Shown: positions 36,201-42,521 of the stretch, in pieces | Layout of the letters: every line of letters starts with the position of its first letter | How positions within the stretch are numbered: position 1 is the first letter of the stretch | Origin: Catajapyx aquilonaris | Lineage: Eukaryota | NCBI GenBank assembly: GCA_000934665.2 | Contig: KZ538886.1 | Span: forward strand, 1-42,521 | Reading direction: 5' to 3' | Length of the DNA stretch: 42,521 bases | Translations under genes and position numbers: made by a program | The notes under the pieces: generated by a model | Database searches by the model: none | What the model was told of the DNA's origin: nothing | The model's input: the letters and a program-made list of their open reading frames with translations, nothing else

Positions 36201-37434
36201 CGTTCCTTCCATTTTCCTAAATAACAGGCGGCAGGAAAAAGGGTCCTGTCAGCCATTTTAATTACGACGTTATTTTCCTCAAGCACCTTTTAAGGACTTC
36301 CTGACCAACATTTTCTCCCCTGGCAGCGAGTGGTTCTCCACCACGCCGAATTATGATATCCCCTTTCCAAAGTCATGATATAACAAAAAATTGAATCAAA
36401 AATCAGCGCAGTCATTGCCAGCTGCTGGAAAAAGGGGGCAACTAACCAGCTGTCCCAAGCAGCTGGTAATCTGCTGATAGAGTCATCAAGTGTCCTGTTT
36501 TTTTCTCATGGTACCAGTACCTTTATGTATAAATATAAATCTTAAAGTCAGCCACGTTCTACCCCCAAAATCGTCTTTCTATCCGTTTCCTTGCCACTAC
36601 CCCCCACACTCTTCCTGGGGTCCCTTCCTGAACCTAATTTAACGCGATTATGCTAACGTGATTTCATGGCAGCCTTCTGCCCCCCTTTCGCTTCAGGACG
36701 GTGGGGGGTGAAAATGCCTTCCACAGGACTTTGCAGCCAGAACCATCTCCAGGTGAAGGAGCTGCCACTGTGGGAGGTCGCCATTGTCCGGCGAGAAATA
36801 TGGCGGTCTCCGATTGCCAACACATACGTCACCGGGGCAAGTCTCCTCACGTTTCAAAACCTGATTTTGGGAACTTGCACGTAGTCACTGTTGGAGCTCG
36901 CCTCGGAGAATTAGTGACCATGCTGATAGGAGAGGTGGAAACCCGCCATCTTTTTGCACGGGTTGCCAGGTGAATGCGCCGTACTTGGTTTGACCGCTCG
37001 TAATACATGTCAACAGGAGGACTTCTCGAATTTCCCTCACCTCCAAACCTGATTTGGAATTGGCCAGAATGTACCAAGCAGTATTTTCTCTCAGAAATAA
37101 AACATAATAACCATAATCGACTGTCTCGCTGTCCGTTTGTTTGTCCGAAATGATAGTAGGCCCTACAATACCCCTCATACGACCTGAAAGTGGCAGGAGT
37201 GTGCAGATGATGCGCCATCTATGACAGGAGAATGGTACGACATGGACAGTTTGGCAAGGATTTCACTCGTACTGTATTTAATATTTAACATTTGGTATGT
37301 CCAAATTGCGAATTGGGCATCTATTCTGAGCTGCACAGTCCACTTATGCAATACCGTAACTTTCTGAATATTCTCTGAATTCTGATTCGGGAATCCGACT
37401 ATAACATTCCCCAGAACTGATGGCCACACAATCG

Positions 37435-37455
37435 GCCATCTTGCAAGATGGCGGC
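37435..37455. promoter_or_regulatory. Perfect 18-bp palindrome made of two inverted YY1-like sites
   Basis: GCCATCTTGCAAGATGGC (37435-37452) continues to AAGATGGCGGC, the YY1 consensus. Confidence 0.5.
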
Positions 37456-38177
37456 TTTAGACAAAAGCCAGGGCCCGTGTGTCCACTCCAGTTCACCCAC
37501 ATAACGATCCGAGGCCTGATCCTCTATTGATAATTCCCTTCCTCGTTGGTTCCTCGATTATAATGAGCCCTAAGGGGGAGGCTGGCTGCATTCATGCTCA
37601 TCTGTACAGGGGGCTCCCCCCCTTTTCCGCCATATTCCAAGCCGCCAACTCCACACCAGAGAGCAAGTTTGTGGCTGGCTCCAGATCCAAAAGCCAGGCC
37701 TGCTCCCAGGGTTGTTCTCCACATATAAGCGCTTATCTACCTTATGGATCTTCGCCAGAACACTACTGTTGATTGTGTCCCTGCCCAGCGCTTTCCAGCT
37801 TGTAATGAGCCCCTGCTGGACAGTTTACTTCTCATCCTTGCAGCCCAATTTCGAAATTGAAGTACAGCATGCTCATTACAAATAACGCACTCTTCTCCAG
37901 GGACTTTTCAGATTAAACCGCGGTCCGGTACGCAAAATTTCTCACAACCTTCTGGCCAGTACTTGCCAATTTCATAATAAATGGATTAGGGGTAGTGTCC
38001 AATCAGCTTCATAAAATTTATGAAAAATATTTAAACTCCGACAAATTCAGCTTATGGCTGGAATTGATATGTATCGATATTTCCGTAATGTAGCGGCATA
38101 TCGGTATTCGTGGATTTAAGGACTGTGATTGGCCGTGGATATTTCTACTCCTCCCCCCACCTAACTTCTGATTGGTT

Positions 38178-38202
38178 AGGTCAGGTCAGGTCAGGTCAGG
38201 TC
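38178..38202. repeat. (AGGTC)5 pentanucleotide microsatellite
   Basis: AGGTCAGGTCAGGTCAGGTCAGGTC read directly. Confidence 0.92.
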
Positions 38203-41200
38203 TTTCTAGGTTAGATGATAATATCTAGGTAGACATCGGGAAGGAATTTCCCTTTCATATAGGCCTCCACAGATGGCGAAATTTTTGTTGGAATCTTGAT
38301 TCCATTCAATCCCTGCTTGTGAGCCAAGTGATATTGGATACCATGTAGCAATCATTCGACAACCCAAAAAATGGCTGGCTTTGTGAACGGGGCAGTGCCT
38401 GATACAACTGTGACCTGAATTCGCAATGAAAAGGGGATATGAAGGAGAGCCCCTTGCTTGCAAAACGTGACAACAACCCCATGAAAACTTTCCGGATGTT
38501 CACCCTCCCCCCTTCCCCACCCTTCCTCAAAGTTCTCACCCAACACAGTGCCGTCACCTTACGTACCGTAATATACATAGAAGCAAAAGCACATAACCAA
38601 CTTTCCGGGCCTTCTCCTCTCAAAGGGAAGGCCTCCCCCGCAGTACAATGCACATACAAAACTTGAGAGCAAGGGGGGCTCCTCCTTTGTATGCCGAGAA
38701 GGCTTGAAGTCTGCCATGGCGAGAGTCCAAATGCCATTGCAAGTCTAAAAGCAAGAGGAGCTGCATCTCCCCGCAAAAACCGGGGGACTGGAGGGGGCCA
38801 TTGTTTAACAATCAAACTCATCATAAAACAATTTCCATTGCTGGAGGAACAGGTTGCGCATCCGTCCCAGCAGACCTCTTTTGCCTAACACTGGGTGCTC
38901 AGAAATTCGGTCAAACTTCTTATAACATGTTTTAATTTAAAACGGTGTACTGAAACTCACCCTATACTTTTGCCTACCTTAGCACCGGTCCTTTTCCCAC
39001 TCGCATCGTCCCCGAAACTTGCTTGTTTTTAACTAAATTCAACCGAGCAAAGGTCGGATGCATAACCTATTGGAGCAAGTTTTCCAACCCAAAAAGTTTG
39101 GCAAGAGTATCGACTAGAAGCGCCGAGAGACTAGAACCCCCAAAACTCCCATATATTCACCCCCATCTCTCCACAACCCAGCCATTCTCTTCTCCCTTCA
39201 CTTTATCTTCCATGGCACATGCTGCATTGATTGACGATTCCGTATCGTCGCATTTCAGATGAGGGCTTCCACGTCATTCCTCCCTTTTTAAAAAAATCTC
39301 TGGTTCCTAATTTCACTTTATACATTATTTTTTTTATCTCCTCGGCAATAGCTGTCAGGACGTGACGGAAAAGAGGGTCGGAACAGTGACAACCATTTCC
39401 ACAAACGTGCTTTGGCCCGGGATGTGTCCCATTTTTAAAAACGCGATTCAAATTAATAATCGGTGGTGACAAAGTGTCACGTAGGACCGCTGCAATTTGG
39501 AATATCCATTACCGGGCACGTAACGGGGCGACAGATCCGCCCGTACAATGGTGTCCTAGACGTCATTTAATTAATATCGAAGCTGGCGAATCAACAACTG
39601 ACAACGCAGTTTAGAGTGGGACACTCAGCCTGAGGGGGATGTCACACAGAGGAGTCGTCGCTGACAAATCAGTTGCATGAAAAATATGTGCAGCTGACAT
39701 ATTTTAATGTTTTTTAAACACATTATATGCCTATTTAGTTATTTACAACACTGTATCGATATCCCGATTCCCCCCCGATATATCAGCAACCCCTTCCATT
39801 TTACCACCATAAAATGTTGGGCTACCGACCCAGGATCCAGATAACAGCACCCAAGGGTCAAGCTGGACCTTCCAGCCAATTTGGAACCCGCTTTGTGGGA
39901 AGTACGCGCCAAACAGCACACGATGCCATTAACACTTTTCACCTCCAACGATGATGAGCTTGCTCACAACAATATACAACAAAAAAAACTTAAAGGTGGT
40001 GGGAGGTAACAAAAAGACTGAGGAAACTGGCCGCAATTCATCTTGAGAACTAGCGTGGGACCCCTAAAGGCAGCAAAACCCAACCAGGCAAGATGTAGCC
40101 GGTTTCTTCTCGCGTGACACACACTTTTTCCAGAGGACTCACAGCTTCTTAGCCGGAGCTCCGGATTGATGAGCGCACGCACCCCCTTTAAAAGTGTATA
40201 AATGCGATACTCTGTTGACATTTCTACCAAAAAGGTGGTAGAAAAATGAGGGAACCCCCTGTGGTCGGTCGGTATCTTGTCTCCAAAGGGCAATCACTTT
40301 TCATCGCTTAATTCCTAACCGGAGAGGTGATTGGGAAGGGAAAATTGATCATTCAGCATATGCCGGTAGGGTCAGAACTTTTTCGCATCATTGAAAAAAG
40401 TAATTGGTCGGGTCACGCGAGCAGAATTATGATTGGATGTGGAGGAGAGAATTTTAAAAAAAAAACTGGCCTCAAGTTAGGTCGATTAAAAATAACCTCT
40501 TCCTGGCTGGATGGAAGTTCCGGGGGGGTTTTATACAAAAGGCATATACAAAAAAAAAAAAGCTATAAAGCCATAGATCCGCACACATGAGCTACGAGAC
40601 ACGAATCCGGGTGCGTTCTTTGTGCTATAAACGTTACGCTTCATGTAAATCGCGATTGGTTGTTTATGAGGATTACGTGAGCCAAAAGGGCGGTATTAAA
40701 ACCAACCCATGTTTTTAGGTGAGTTACCTTCTGCTTACATTAATATCTGGTAAAAAGTTTTTAAGCATGATAGGGGTTGTGCGCTTTTACTAATCACAAT
40801 TTCGCACGAATTCACATTACGCGCGGGGCATCCATGGATTTTCGTTGCGTCAAACTTCCCTATAACACGGCTTAATAACGATGCTATCGCAGGCATGAAA
40901 TTGAAAAGTGCTTCGTATCGCCACTTGATTGCGATTTGCAAAAACCTGTACGCGTACATCAGCTGCATTCTTGCGCTGAGCTGAATCCAGAAATTATTTC
41001 CGGTAATATTTACCGTAAACTACTGTCAAAATATATCATTAACTATGCCATCACAGCCATGCAAAATTGTGGATATATATTTCACTAGAAAGCACATCCA
41101 GTGCAAGGTTCCTGGATCCAATCATTACAGGATAATTACCCCCAGCTTCTGCCTAAGAATATCACAACTTTGGAGAACTTCATAACGATGCAACAAGCTA

Positions 41201-42521
41201 TGCCTCTGATGCGAAAAAAAAATCGAGTAAATGAGAAGCAACTACCAGCACCCTAACTTATTTTCAACGAAAAAAAAAGTTGATATTATTCGCCAATAAC
41301 AAACTTCGACAAAAAGAAATTCCGATCAAACTCGTTATCGAAGCCAATATATTGCCTCCTGCGATAATTAGCACGCAATTTTCAATTCTCTGCCCATCCC
41401 TGGCGCGAAAAAGCAACGAAATCCGTTTAAGCCCTGAGCTTGTTTTATCTTCCTGGGTGCACGTTTCATTTTTCATTGCTACTAACACACACACTATATA
41501 TAGCATGGCTTCCAGTTTTGGGAGAACTAAGCATCTGTGGAAACACATACAGCCCACGATTTTAATTATCACACAGTATGATAATGTGAGAGTAAGCCCT
41601 CCTGGATGTAACTAGGCGCGAAAAATAATATCGCGGAACATTGGGCTCCGTCGAAAAATAAATCCAAATTATTAAAAATAATACGTGCAGTCAATGTATC
41701 ATATCACGAGTGACTGCTTTGGTAAACCTTTAAACCATGAATTTTGGTCCGAGCATATTCACCAACAATGATCCAATTTTTTCAACCGTGCCCTTTATTG
41801 TATTGTTGCTGACATCCTTCAAAGCAACAGGTATTCAGCCGAATTCTGGTTCAAAACGCAACCCCATACTAATGTAGTTGAAATATTCACACGCAGAAAT
41901 TACCATATCGTCTCACATGAATCTCCGCCAGACAAACAACCGGTCCACATTCACGTGAGAAACATGTTTTAAAAAATCGCTCACCCAATCATCCCATTTT
42001 TAATCGTCACAACCGCATTGCAATTAAATCCCAGAAAAACATCCCTGTTCTATTCTAACCACTCTTGAACTAAAAAAAGGGGGGGCAGGCCCACCCCATG
42101 TTAGCGGTGCAAAGTGCGGTTACTCTGGTCTATGTGTCCATGTTTGCGCGAATAGCACCCCCCGAATTGAGGAATCTGAGGTGGAATTTTTGGCGAGCAG
42201 GGCAGCGGTCACAGTATCCGGAGCTAGGCCTGTCATTTCCCATGTGGAGANGGGGGGGGGGAAGCCGAGATCCTATTTCATCTCTAGCCCTCTCCACAAA
42301 TTCACCCGATGTTAAAGGGCCCACATTCCAATTCTGCAAGTTTTGTCACCAACCCTAAATTTTTCCCAGCTTCATACAAGAAATTTTGTCCGGCCCTTCT
42401 TTGGTATCGACAGAAAAAAACGTAGGTGTCCCAAGGCGACAGTGCCAATTTTCCAATAAAATTGATCCAAAACACGATCTTCCGCGTTGCCATATTGCCC
42501 TGCATTGGTATTCCTCTGGAG

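Noticed and set aside
41100..41125. AAGGTTCCTGGATCCAATC resembling a tRNA T-arm or SINE head
   Set aside because: The B box is degenerate, with no A box or cloverleaf upstream and no SINE tail.
12145..41961. Scattered Su(H)/CSL (YGTGRGAA) and DRE (TATCGATA) motifs
   Set aside because: They are isolated and unpaired, at roughly chance frequency.
406..42505. All listed ORFs, including the longest (38306-38824, 28453-28923, 13740-14201, 14521-14973)
   Set aside because: They are short and overlap on both strands, many start at non-ATG codons, they are rich in homopolymer-derived K/F/G/P runs, and none shows a recognisable domain. This is consistent with random ORFs.

Overview
Apparently non-coding eukaryotic genomic DNA, most likely from an invertebrate animal. 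CpG is not visibly depleted, poly-G/C and poly-A/T tracts are frequent, GC is roughly 40-45% by eye, and a 104-N assembly gap lies at 19873-19976. None of the six-frame ORFs (all <=172 aa, mutually overlapping, low complexity) resembles a protein I recognise, and I found no tRNA, rRNA or CRISPR array. The window reads like a very long intron or a regulatory gene desert. Best-supported features: (i) a 288-bp TA-flanked non-autonomous DNA transposon with CACT-type TIRs (8105-8392) and Tc1/mariner-like ends (1-370, 4976-5508); (ii) several micro/minisatellites; (iii) three same-orientation copies of a conserved 39-bp core with unrelated spacers beside the gap (20003-20428), which could be clustered Pol III small-RNA (vault-RNA-like) genes or a tandem CTCF-like array; (iv) a near-consensus candidate recursive splice site on the minus strand (branch point, pyrimidine tract, CAG|GTGAGT at 27350/27349); (v) promoter-like motif clusters at 32.2-33.3 kb. 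All functional calls are inferences from motif reading by eye; no searches were run.
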